This document shows positions 25,330-32,000 of a stretch of 32,000 nucleotides of DNA, piece after piece (the stretch's first letter is position 1; the number at the start of each line of letters is the position of its first letter). Origin of the DNA: an uncultured archaeon. Lineage in GTDB: Archaea > Iainarchaeota > Iainarchaeia > Iainarchaeales > 0-14-0-20-30-16. The stretch lies in assembly GCA_964565725.1 (NCBI GenBank), contig CAZMGA010000001.1, positions 2,518 to 34,517 on the forward strand. Reading direction: 5' to 3'. The notes beneath the pieces were generated by a model. That model was not told the DNA's origin and did no database searches. It saw only the letters and a program-made list of their open reading frames with translations. A program made the position numbers and the translations under genes.

Positions 25330-25923
25330 TTAATTTGAATATTTTAATTTGAATTCTTTTGTTAAAGAATCTAATTTTTGCATTATTTGTGTTTTTTCGT
25401 TAATTTCATTATACCATTCTAAAGAAAATATTTTTTTAATTTCTAAAAATAATGTATTTTTTAGAGGTATTGATATTATTTTATTTTCGTTTAAATTATC
25501 CTCTAATAAATTTAAGATTCTTTTTGTATTTCCATCGTCATCAACAATAAAGGTATTTGTGATTACTCTATCTATAGCTTTTTTTGCTTGTTGTTCTGAA
25601 ACATCTATATCATATAATGTATATGTTGCAGACCAATTTCCTTTCTCATACCATTTGTGTGTGGGATTTTCGCCAGTTTTAAAAAAATCTAATAAATTAG
25701 TTAAAGAATCTTTAGGAACTATAACTTCATTTTTTCCTTTTTTAATATATGTTGTTTTAGATAATATTCCTGGTCTATGATAAATATATATTTTGCCATT
25801 TGATTTGGTTACATTTTGAGTATAACCATAAATAGCCCTAAATATTTTTTGATAATTATAATCAGAATGATTATAATCAGCATTCATTTTAACTTTATAT
25901 TTTACCATATACGCTTTAGTCAT
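25330..25923 (-). CDS. Hypothetical protein (197 aa)
   Basis: A clean ATG-initiated ORF with composition typical of this genome. No motif that I can assign. Confidence 0.55.
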   Translation of the reverse strand: MTKAYMVKYKVKMNADYNHSDYNYQKIFRAIYGYTQNVTKSNGKIYIYHRPGILSKTTYIKKGKNEVIVPKDSLTNLLDFFKTGENPTHKWYEKGNWSATYTLYDIDVSEQQAKKAIDRVITNTFIVDDDGNTKRILNLLEDNLNENKIISIPLKNTLFLEIKKIFSLEWYNEINEKTQIMQKLDSLTKEFKLKYSN

Positions 25924-25974
25924 AATAATCTAATTAAAAAACAATCTAAAAATATATAAATGTATTTATTAAAA

Positions 25975-26000
25975 TACTACACCCCATACTTCTAGTATTA
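25975..26000. repeat. Left arm of an imperfect inverted repeat flanking the PRC-barrel gene
   Basis: TACTACACCCCATACTTCTAGTATTA. The 11-nt core TTCTAGTATTA (25990-26000) is the exact reverse complement of 26512-26522. The CCCC run (25982-25985) pairs with GGGG (26528-26531) with a 1-nt spacing difference. Confidence 0.6.
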
Positions 26001-26067
26001 AATATATAATATTTTTTTTATTTATGTATAAATAATAAATATAAAAAAAGAATAATAAAATATAGTT

Positions 26068-26382
26068 TTATCTATATTTTACTAATGATCCAGAACTTAC
26101 TTTTTTAGGTTCTTCTTTATGTGTTTGTATTTTTGTTTCTCCTCTAACAGGTCTAGGTGAAACTATAATAATATCTTTAACAGCTATAACTGTTTTATAA
26201 GGTATACTTTTATCGCTAATTATTTTTTTAGCTTCTTGTTTTGTTTTTACTTTTAAAGGAGCTGTTGTAATAGTTTCTAAAACACCACTTTCTAAATTAA
26301 CAACTATATCATAAACCTTACCTTTATAATCTCCATTTTGAGTAAATATATCTCTACCGAACAATTCAGATAATCTCATCAT
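26068..26382 (-). CDS. PRC-barrel domain protein with a basic C-terminal tail
   Basis: LSELFGRDIFTQNGDYKGKVYDIVVNLESGVLETI ... IPYKTVIAVKDIIIV is a PRC-barrel pattern. ATG at 26382 is preceded by GGAGGG; the track start at 26385 is TTG. Confidence 0.8.
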   Translation of the reverse strand: MMRLSELFGRDIFTQNGDYKGKVYDIVVNLESGVLETITTAPLKVKTKQEAKKIISDKSIPYKTVIAVKDIIIVSPRPVRGETKIQTHKEEPKKVSSGSLVKYR

Positions 26383-26388
26383 CAATAT

Positions 26389-26394
26389 CCCTCC
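26389..26394 (-). promoter_or_regulatory. Shine-Dalgarno GGAGGG for PRC-barrel gene A
   Basis: The minus strand reads GGAGGG-ATATTG-ATG. Confidence 0.45.
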
Positions 26395-26511
26395 AATAAA
26401 TATAATGTTCTTTATTATAATAAATCATTCCTTTTTATATATGTTTGCTTTTAAAATATACATTTTTAACCATTTTTTTTAAAATAATTAATTTAAAATA
26501 AAAAAAATAAA

Positions 26512-26539
26512 TAATACTAGAACTATAGGGGTTATAGGG
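26512..26539. repeat. Right arm of the imperfect inverted repeat; contains the direct repeat TATAGGG x2
   Basis: TAATACTAGAACTATAGGGGTTATAGGG. TATAGGG occurs at 26524-26530 and 26533-26539. Confidence 0.6.
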
Positions 26540-26613
26540 TAAAAACATAAGATACCTTTAAATACCTTATCGTTTTGTATATCTATAATTATATTTTATG
26601 TTTTACGGGAGAC

Positions 26614-26620
26614 AGGTGAT
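26614..26620 (+). promoter_or_regulatory. Shine-Dalgarno AGGTGAT for PRC-barrel gene B
   Basis: AGGTGAT lies 3 nt before ATG 26624. Confidence 0.5.
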
Positions 26621-26623
26621 TAT

Positions 26624-26908
26624 ATGTATAAATATTCTATAGCAAAACAATTAGCATCTAAGAGGGTAATCACCAACAGAGGTGACGAAGTAGGAAAAGT
26701 TATAGATATCATCATTGATGAATTATCTGGTAATTTGGAATATTTGTTGGTAGAAGCTGATTTAGATTCAAAAGTTACAAAAACTTTGAATATAGACATG
26801 AAAAACAGAATGATTAAAGTGCCTTATTCAGCAGTTTCCGCTGTTAGTGATGTTTTCATTGTTGATGAAAAACAAATAGTTGTAGACAACGAAGACGAAG
26901 TTATGTAA
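26624..26908 (+). CDS. PRC-barrel domain protein with an acidic C-terminal tail
   Basis: LASKRVITNRGDEVGKVIDIIIDELSGNLEYLLVE ... VPYSAVSAVSDVFIV is paralogous to 26068-26382. Confidence 0.8.
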   Translation: MYKYSIAKQLASKRVITNRGDEVGKVIDIIIDELSGNLEYLLVEADLDSKVTKTLNIDMKNRMIKVPYSAVSAVSDVFIVDEKQIVVDNEDEVM

Positions 26909-28004
26909 ATGAGAAAACAAATTTTTGTTTTCTTTTATCTATTTTTTTTAAAATAAGTTTTTTATTATTTATTATAAATTCTTTATCAATCTCTAAATTT
27001 TTTAATAATTTTTTTTGTATATTTTCTAAAGCGTCATAGTTAGAATAAATGAAATCACCTTTTTCTTTTATAATTTCCATTTCTTTTATAATTTTTTCTT
27101 TTGCCATTTTTTGTTTTTTCAAAATATTTTCAATATTATTTTTTTCTTTGTTTTTAACTTTTAAATTTTCATTTTGATCTGCAAACAAAATATTTTTCAA
27201 AATATATTTTTCTATAAAATTATTATATTCACAGTCAATTTTATTTAAAAATTCAAAATCTAAATTAAAAATATTTATTTTGTTATTGTTTTCAAAATAA
27301 GTTAACCTAAATTTTTTGTTTATATATTTTTCTTTAAAATAATTAATTACGTCTTGAAAATTTTCATAAGTGTAATTGTCTTTATTTATATTTTTATATT
27401 CTAAATATTTTTCCACTAATTTTGGATTCAAACTAGTATTTAAAGTAATATTTGAAACCAAATTTTTGTCTAAATTTATATCTTCTTTTTTAGAATTATA
27501 TTCTAAAATATTTTTAAAATTATTTTTTGGCAAAACATATATTTCATTTTTACTAATTTTTCTTTCTTTCCATTCTTCTTTTAATAAATATAAAATTATT
27601 TTATTGTTTTTATCTGTTAATATTATATTATTGTTTGAAAAAAATTCACAATATAAATTATAATCTAAAAATTCAAATAATAATATTTTTTCTAAATTTA
27701 TTTGTTTTATATTCATAATTTTTTTATTTTCTAAAATATTGTTTAATTGCAGCGCAAATCCTTTATTTTGAGGTTTTGCCTCTGTTTTTAAATTAGAAAT
27801 TATTGCAAACCCCAATCCCAAAAGTAATTCCTTATTATTTTCTTTCCTAATTTTTATTTTTAATATTTTTTCATTGGTATTAAGCAATTGTATTTTTTGA
27901 ATGTATCCATTTAATAATTCTTTGTTAAATAAATCTTCTAAATATAAAAAATTACTATTATTAAATTCTATATTTTTCCATTCTAAACTATTCATATTAA
28001 ACAT
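26901..28004 (-). CDS. NFACT-N (Rqc2/RqcH/FbpA-like) ribosome-quality-control protein, short form lacking NFACT-R
   Basis: LLNGYIQKIQ ... ELLLGL ... FALQLNNILENKKIMNIKQ ... NNIILTDKNNKIILYL ... KISKNEIYVLP follows the NFACT-N pattern, and a K/E-rich coiled coil comes after it. The protein ends after 367 aa. Alternative start ATG 27995 forms an ATGA overlap with the HAD stop. Confidence 0.55.
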   Translation of the reverse strand: MFNMNSLEWKNIEFNNSNFLYLEDLFNKELLNGYIQKIQLLNTNEKILKIKIRKENNKELLLGLGFAIISNLKTEAKPQNKGFALQLNNILENKKIMNIKQINLEKILLFEFLDYNLYCEFFSNNNIILTDKNNKIILYLLKEEWKERKISKNEIYVLPKNNFKNILEYNSKKEDINLDKNLVSNITLNTSLNPKLVEKYLEYKNINKDNYTYENFQDVINYFKEKYINKKFRLTYFENNNKINIFNLDFEFLNKIDCEYNNFIEKYILKNILFADQNENLKVKNKEKNNIENILKKQKMAKEKIIKEMEIIKEKGDFIYSNYDALENIQKKLLKNLEIDKEFIINNKKLILKKIDKRKQKFVFSFT

Positions 28005-28711
28005 TTTAAATCACTAATTTTTTTAATTATTAAATCTGGATTATATTTTAATAATTCCTTTTTATTGTATAAAAAATCTATTTTTGCAATAGTATAAACC
28101 TTTGCGTTTTTTCCAAAAATGATGTCTTTAATATTATCTCCAATATAAACAATATTTTTGTTTTTTAAATCATACTTTTTAATAATATATTTTAAAGTTT
28201 TAGGGTTTGGTTTTGAAGTTTTTATTACGCCCGATGTTATTATTATATCAAACATTTTTTTTTCATTTCTTAAACTTAATAACACCGCTTTCTTTTTTGA
28301 GCTAGTAATTATTCCTAATTTATATTTTTCTTTTAATTTGTATAATATATTTTTTGTTTCTTCTTCAAAAACAATATTTTTCTTTAAATAATTATAATAT
28401 TTTTTTTCAAATAAATTATTTAAAATTAAAATTTCTTTTTCTTTTAATTTTGGATTCAACAACTTAATAACTTTTTTGGAGGGTGGTCCAAATTCTTTAA
28501 TTATCTTTTTATCATCTGTTTTTGGAAAAATAGATTTAAAAGCTTTTAATATAATTTCATTAGATTTAATTAAAGTTCCATCCAAATCAAAAATTAAAAA
28601 TTTAACATTCTTTTTAATATTTTTTAAATTAGTATCTAAGAATTGCACCAATACCACCAAATGCGTTAATAAATTGTACGGATTCACTAGAATTTTTAGA
28701 AATAAATACAA
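27992..28711 (-). CDS. HAD-superfamily phosphatase (phosphoglycolate-phosphatase-like); start codon uncertain
   Basis: FLIFDLDGTLIKSNE (motif I), ITSS (motif II) and YIGDNIKDI (motif IV). There is no in-frame ATG upstream of motif I. Candidate starts are TTG 28711, GTG 28687, TTG 28660, GTG 28657, TTG 28651 and GTG 28648, all inside the aRF1 3' end. Confidence 0.8.
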   Translation of the reverse strand: MYLFLKILVNPYNLLTHLVVLVQFLDTNLKNIKKNVKFLIFDLDGTLIKSNEIILKAFKSIFPKTDDKKIIKEFGPPSKKVIKLLNPKLKEKEILILNNLFEKKYYNYLKKNIVFEEETKNILYKLKEKYKLGIITSSKKKAVLLSLRNEKKMFDIIITSGVIKTSKPNPKTLKYIIKKYDLKNKNIVYIGDNIKDIIFGKNAKVYTIAKIDFLYNKKELLKYNPDLIIKKISDLKCLI

Positions 28712-29831
28712 TTTTGGTATTATATTTTTTCGCTAATTCATAAAAATATTCGCCTACATCTATTTTTTCTATTTCACAAATTTTGTCCGAACCACAGTTA
28801 GGACATTTTAAAGTATTGGTTTCTTTTGTAAAAACAGTATTACAGGCCTCACATTCAAATTCACTCATGTCAAATTCTAAATCTTCATATAATATAATTT
28901 TGTCTACCCGTCCTTCTTTAACTGCAGAAATAACTTCATTTATACCGTATGTAGCTAAATTTGTTTTTACAACTTTTTCAAAAAAATTAAAAATTTCTTG
29001 TTTTTCAATAACTAATTCACTTTCTTTTAATATATCTTCAGATAGCTCTATAATTTCTTTAATTCCTGACTCATCTGTATAAGTATTATCTACAAAACCC
29101 AAAATTTTGTTTTTTACCCTGTAATCCATTTCAGCAATTTCTATTGCTTTTCTTTTTGTATTTCCTGGTCCTCCAAGAATGATTCCTTGTAATTTGTTTT
29201 CTTCAATAAAAGGCAGATATACTTCAGTCATTTTTGTAGAAATTCTATTATAAAAGTCTTGTGCGGCTTCATCTCTTAAATGTTCAAATCTATGAGCTGA
29301 TTGACCCCCCGCCTTTATTTTTCCAGGAACTGTTGAGTTTAAATTCAAAACAATTTTATATATTTTACCAGTTAAATAAGCAATAGTGGCTTCTCTATTA
29401 TCTATTGCTACAATACCATATACTTTATTTGGTATTAACATTTCTTTTAAAGGATCTAAGTAAAAACTTGAATCACACCTATATAATTTTACATTCAAGG
29501 ATTTAACAGGAATTATATGATGTAATTGTATATCTGCTTTTCCATCTTGTTCAGAAACATTTCCACAAAATAATACCAAACCTGTTTCAGGAATTGAAAA
29601 ATCGGTAACTTTTAAGTATTGAATTATTTTTCTTAATGCTCCTTGAACATTTTTTCTAGTTGTGGCACTTTTTATATTTGATGATTGACTAACTTCATTT
29701 ACCAATTGATTCATTACTGAGCTTCTATCAGTATTGAAAGGAATATATAAGGATATTAATTCCGTATGCTTTCCTTTAAATTTATCTAACAATTTTAATT
29801 TTTTTTTAAAAATTTCAAAATTTACTTCCAT
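28629..29831 (-). CDS. prf1: Peptide chain release factor aRF1
   Basis: TELISLYIP, NIKS (29667-29678), GGQ in KAGGQSAHRF (29301-29309) and the C-terminal FGGIGAILRY. A CxxC...CxxC insertion sits in domain 3. ATG is at 29831; the track start at 29846 is TTG. Confidence 0.92.
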   Translation of the reverse strand: MEVNFEIFKKKLKLLDKFKGKHTELISLYIPFNTDRSSVMNQLVNEVSQSSNIKSATTRKNVQGALRKIIQYLKVTDFSIPETGLVLFCGNVSEQDGKADIQLHHIIPVKSLNVKLYRCDSSFYLDPLKEMLIPNKVYGIVAIDNREATIAYLTGKIYKIVLNLNSTVPGKIKAGGQSAHRFEHLRDEAAQDFYNRISTKMTEVYLPFIEENKLQGIILGGPGNTKRKAIEIAEMDYRVKNKILGFVDNTYTDESGIKEIIELSEDILKESELVIEKQEIFNFFEKVVKTNLATYGINEVISAVKEGRVDKIILYEDLEFDMSEFECEACNTVFTKETNTLKCPNCGSDKICEIEKIDVGEYFYELAKKYNTKIVFISKNSSESVQFINAFGGIGAILRY

Positions 29832-29902
29832 TATATCAACCAACAAATAGTAATAACAAATATTATATATTTAGAGCAATTATCTTTTTAATCTTACCTA
29901 TT

Positions 29903-31006
29903 TTAAGGTATAATTTCCGCTCCATTATATTTTAAATAATGAAAATCTTTTTTAGAAAGAATTTTCGCATTTATTAGTTTTTTTATTAGTTTTGTATTTT
30001 TTTGTAATTCCTCTATTAAAAAAATAGTATTTTTACAAAGTTGCTTTTTTTCATTTTTTGGCCAAGGGTTAAGAATATTTGAATATAAACATCTAGTTCC
30101 ACACAAATTTAAATATTTACATTTTTTACAGTCATTAGGAACAAAAACAAGTTTTTTTATTTTTGTATTTTTATTTATATCTCCTAAATAATAATTTTTC
30201 ATACCTGCCATTATTGGACAAGGAATAACTTTTCCATCAGTTTGGATTGTAAAATTTCCAAATCCTGCGCCACACATTAATTTAGTTTTTCTTTCGTACA
30301 ATAAGTTATTTATTATCCCTATAAAAGGATAAATTTTTATAATTTTTCCTTTTTTTAAATTTTGTATCCAAAAATCAATTAATTTTTTTAAATTTGGAAT
30401 ATAATTTTCATTTGAAAATTTTTCAAAATTTCTTTTTTTGTAGTCGTTAAACCAGAAATTAGCATCTAATTGCCAATGAATTGAAGAAAATAATTTTGTA
30501 TTTAATAAATGTTTTACATTTTTGTAAATGTTTTGATTTAAAATAGTCATTCTTGCTGTAATTTCCTTTTTGTAGCCTAGGTTTTTAATATAATTTATAT
30601 TTTCTATGATTGTATCATAGGTTTTTTCACCCCTATATTTAGAAGTAATTGATTTATTTCCATCTATAGATATGAAAATACTTTCAAAATATTTTAGGTA
30701 TTCTTTTTTTATTTTATTTAAAAAAATTCCATTTGTTTGTAGTATATATTTTACATTTAAATCTTTCAAAAAATCTATCGTTTTTTCCATTTGAGGTATG
30801 TTTAATAGTGGCTCTCCTCCATAAAAAATAACATAAGGGTTTTTTTCTTTTCTTAAAACATTTTTTAATTTTTTTAAATCATATTTTATATTATTTGATA
30901 TTTCACAAATGGGTTCTGGAAAATCATCTGGTTCATTAAAAGCTTGTTCTCCACAATATTTACAGTTTAAATTACAATTATTTGTTAAAATTAAAAAATA
31001 AATCAT
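29903..31006 (-). CDS. Radical SAM enzyme with a complete C-terminal SPASM domain; substrate unknown
   Basis: CNLNCKYC (CxxxCxxC) at the N-terminus and FYGGEPLL. The C-terminal CGAGFGNFTIQTDGKVIPC ... CKKCKYLNLCGTRC ... C fits Cx12Gx4C-gap-Cx2Cx5Cx3C-gap-C exactly. Confidence 0.85.
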   Translation of the reverse strand: MIYFLILTNNCNLNCKYCGEQAFNEPDDFPEPICEISNNIKYDLKKLKNVLRKEKNPYVIFYGGEPLLNIPQMEKTIDFLKDLNVKYILQTNGIFLNKIKKEYLKYFESIFISIDGNKSITSKYRGEKTYDTIIENINYIKNLGYKKEITARMTILNQNIYKNVKHLLNTKLFSSIHWQLDANFWFNDYKKRNFEKFSNENYIPNLKKLIDFWIQNLKKGKIIKIYPFIGIINNLLYERKTKLMCGAGFGNFTIQTDGKVIPCPIMAGMKNYYLGDINKNTKIKKLVFVPNDCKKCKYLNLCGTRCLYSNILNPWPKNEKKQLCKNTIFLIEELQKNTKLIKKLINAKILSKKDFHYLKYNGAEIIP

Positions 31007-31019
31007 TTTATCACTAAAA

Positions 31020-31955
31020 CTAAAAATACTTTTTATATATTTTTAAAAGGTTTGTAAAGTTAATAACTGGTAAATAATAGTTTCTATGATCATCTGTTAT
31101 TCTAGGACAAGCCGTATTAATTAAAAAATTTATACCCAAACCAATTAATTTATTTTCATTAATTTCATTACCATAAATAATAATTGCTTCTTTATTTATT
31201 TTATTTATTTTTTTAACTAAGTCTTCTGCGATTTTTATTTTATTTTGACCTAACTTAGAACTTACATATATACCTATAACTTTACTTTGTAAAAACAAAG
31301 CGTCATAATTTATAATTTTTTTAGAATTTATTTCTTCAAAGTTATTATTAAAGTCATATTTATATGCTTTAACACTTTGTAAAGCATTAAAATGAAAATT
31401 TCCATCCCCTAAATAAATTATAGCATCTAACTTTTTTGATATTTTTTCAACATTAGAACAATCACAACCCAAAATTTGACCTATTTTTAATTTGTTGTTT
31501 TCTTTTCCTAAAACTACGTCCAACTTTTTGTGTTTTTTTAATTCTTTAACAATTTCGAAAATAAAATTATTATATTGTATTGGGCCTACAATAGTTATTT
31601 TTTTCTTTGCAAATTTTTTTTCGATATCTTTAATTGTTTTTTCTATATCCTCTTTATCAAAAATGTAATAACAAGGCCAATAAATTATTTTTTCTTTTGT
31701 GTTTATAAATTTAGTATGCCCAAAGTGAATAATTGCCTCGCAGTTTGCTTTTTTTAAATCTGTTTCATAAATATCACAAGCTCCAAAAGTAGTATCTATA
31801 GATAAAACAAATTCTTTTTTTGTATCTTTCAAGCTATGTAAAATATGTAGATATTTGTGTTTTAAACCCTCGGGTAATTCTATTAAAAATCTTTTTTCCT
31901 TTTTTCTTTTTAAAACTTCTTTTAGTTCTTTTAATTGTAAATCTAATTGTAACAT
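31020..31955 (-). CDS. dph2: Diphthamide synthesis protein Dph2 (2-(3-amino-3-carboxypropyl)histidine synthase)
   Basis: LIELPEGLK, TTFGACD, HFGHT and NTACPR motifs in the order typical of archaeal Dph2. ATG is at 31955; the track start at 31964 is TTG. Confidence 0.85.
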   Translation of the reverse strand: MLQLDLQLKELKEVLKRKKEKRFLIELPEGLKHKYLHILHSLKDTKKEFVLSIDTTFGACDIYETDLKKANCEAIIHFGHTKFINTKEKIIYWPCYYIFDKEDIEKTIKDIEKKFAKKKITIVGPIQYNNFIFEIVKELKKHKKLDVVLGKENNKLKIGQILGCDCSNVEKISKKLDAIIYLGDGNFHFNALQSVKAYKYDFNNNFEEINSKKIINYDALFLQSKVIGIYVSSKLGQNKIKIAEDLVKKINKINKEAIIIYGNEINENKLIGLGINFLINTACPRITDDHRNYYLPVINFTNLLKIYKKYF

Positions 31956-32000
31956 AAATATCAATATATAATATTTATATTAAAAGTATAAATAGTTTTT

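Noticed and set aside
25330-25923. A Cas2/VapD-like ferredoxin fold at the N-terminus of the 197-aa protein (YMVKYKV ... KIFRAIYGY ... GKIYIYHRPGIL).
   Set aside because: This is only a loose beta-alpha-beta resemblance. No catalytic Asp context is present, no CRISPR array or cas genes are in the window, and the length and C-terminal half do not fit.
26355-26390. C/D-box sRNA-like elements (ATGATGA followed by CTGA) on the minus strand.
   Set aside because: They are the start codons (ATG ATG) and early codons of the PRC-barrel gene. No D box plus terminal stem or guide region is evident.
26405-26482. A 25-codon hydrophobic micro-ORF (MFFIIINHSFLYMFAFKIYIFNHFF) in the long PRC-barrel spacer.
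   Set aside because: It has no SD or promoter spacing, and its composition is what random AT-rich sequence yields. It cannot be supported from sequence alone.
28776-28853. A CxxC...CxxC zinc-ribbon insertion in aRF1 domain 3 (CEACNTVFTKETNTLKCPNCGSDKIC) as a novelty.
   Set aside because: To my recollection many euryarchaeal aRF1 proteins carry a comparable four-Cys insertion at this position in place of the eRF1 minidomain. I treat it as a family feature, not a new one.
533-31757. All remaining ORFs in the supplied track that lie antisense to or nested within the genes listed: 533-865, 673-909, 1371-1565, 1667-1969, 3002-3310, 3596-4000, 7803-8039, 8454-8759, 9915-10388, 10773-11006, 12127-12510, 17433-17645, 17736-17987, 20953-21243, 21723-21953, 25349-25780, 27376-27663, 28158-28391, 28476-28736, 28783-29082 and 31575-31757.
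   Set aside because: Each is fully contained in a gene with strong motif support on the other strand or in another frame. Their translations are F/L/S/I-rich low-complexity mirrors of K/E/N-rich coding sequence, and none has an SD or promoter context. These are typical shadow ORFs of an AT-rich genome.
1-32000. Alternative genetic code (TGA or TAG reassignment), considered because of the extreme AT content and reduced-genome context.
   Set aside because: All conserved genes read full-length under the standard code. TGA, TAA and TAG each terminate well-defined genes (for example the ATGA overlaps at 6924 and 7196, TAG at 16170 and 19078), and Trp is encoded by TGG at conserved positions.
1-32000. 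Mobile elements, prophage, CRISPR arrays, toxin-antitoxin or known defence islands.
   Set aside because: I saw no transposase, integrase or capsid-like ORFs, no regularly spaced direct repeats, and no compositional break other than the tRNA. The only repeats are intragenic or the single inverted pair around 25975-26539.

Overview
This is an extremely AT-rich, almost gap-free coding window. I support 35 protein-coding loci (one of them frame-disrupted) and 1 tRNA; the tRNA is the only GC-rich island. The gene content is clearly archaeal: ribosomal protein L15e, RNase P proteins Rpp30/Pop5/Rpp21, TFE-alpha, aRF1, Pelota, ABCE1, Dph2, Elp3, Dus, a type IA topoisomerase and an Lrp/AsnC regulator. 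AT-richness, shortened proteins, ATGA/TAATG gene overlaps and many non-ATG starts suggest a reduced DPANN-like lineage. That lineage call is inference only. The standard genetic code fits every conserved gene. I found no CRISPR array, transposase, integrase or rRNA. Findings worth a second look:
1. A tandem pair of unclassifiable coiled-coil proteins (918 aa and 222 aa) that face the cytoplasm and are anchored by a C-terminal two-helix hairpin. The large one carries internal repeats under visible purifying selection.
2. A minus-strand cluster Dph2 / radical-SAM-SPASM / aRF1 / HAD / truncated NFACT. It places two uncharacterised enzymes among translation-termination and ribosome-rescue genes, with a Pelota-ABCE1 divergent pair nearby.
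3. A bacterial-type mutS-mutL pair coupled to an Hjc-like nuclease and a patatin lipase.
4. A split HD phosphohydrolase gene whose frame change sits on a U_UUA_AAA slippery heptamer and whose HD dyad reads ND.
5. A divergent pair of PRC-barrel paralogues, one of which is bracketed by an imperfect inverted repeat.
6. An initiator tRNA that begins on the base after the tfe stop codon.

All functional calls rest on motifs read by eye. No database search was run.
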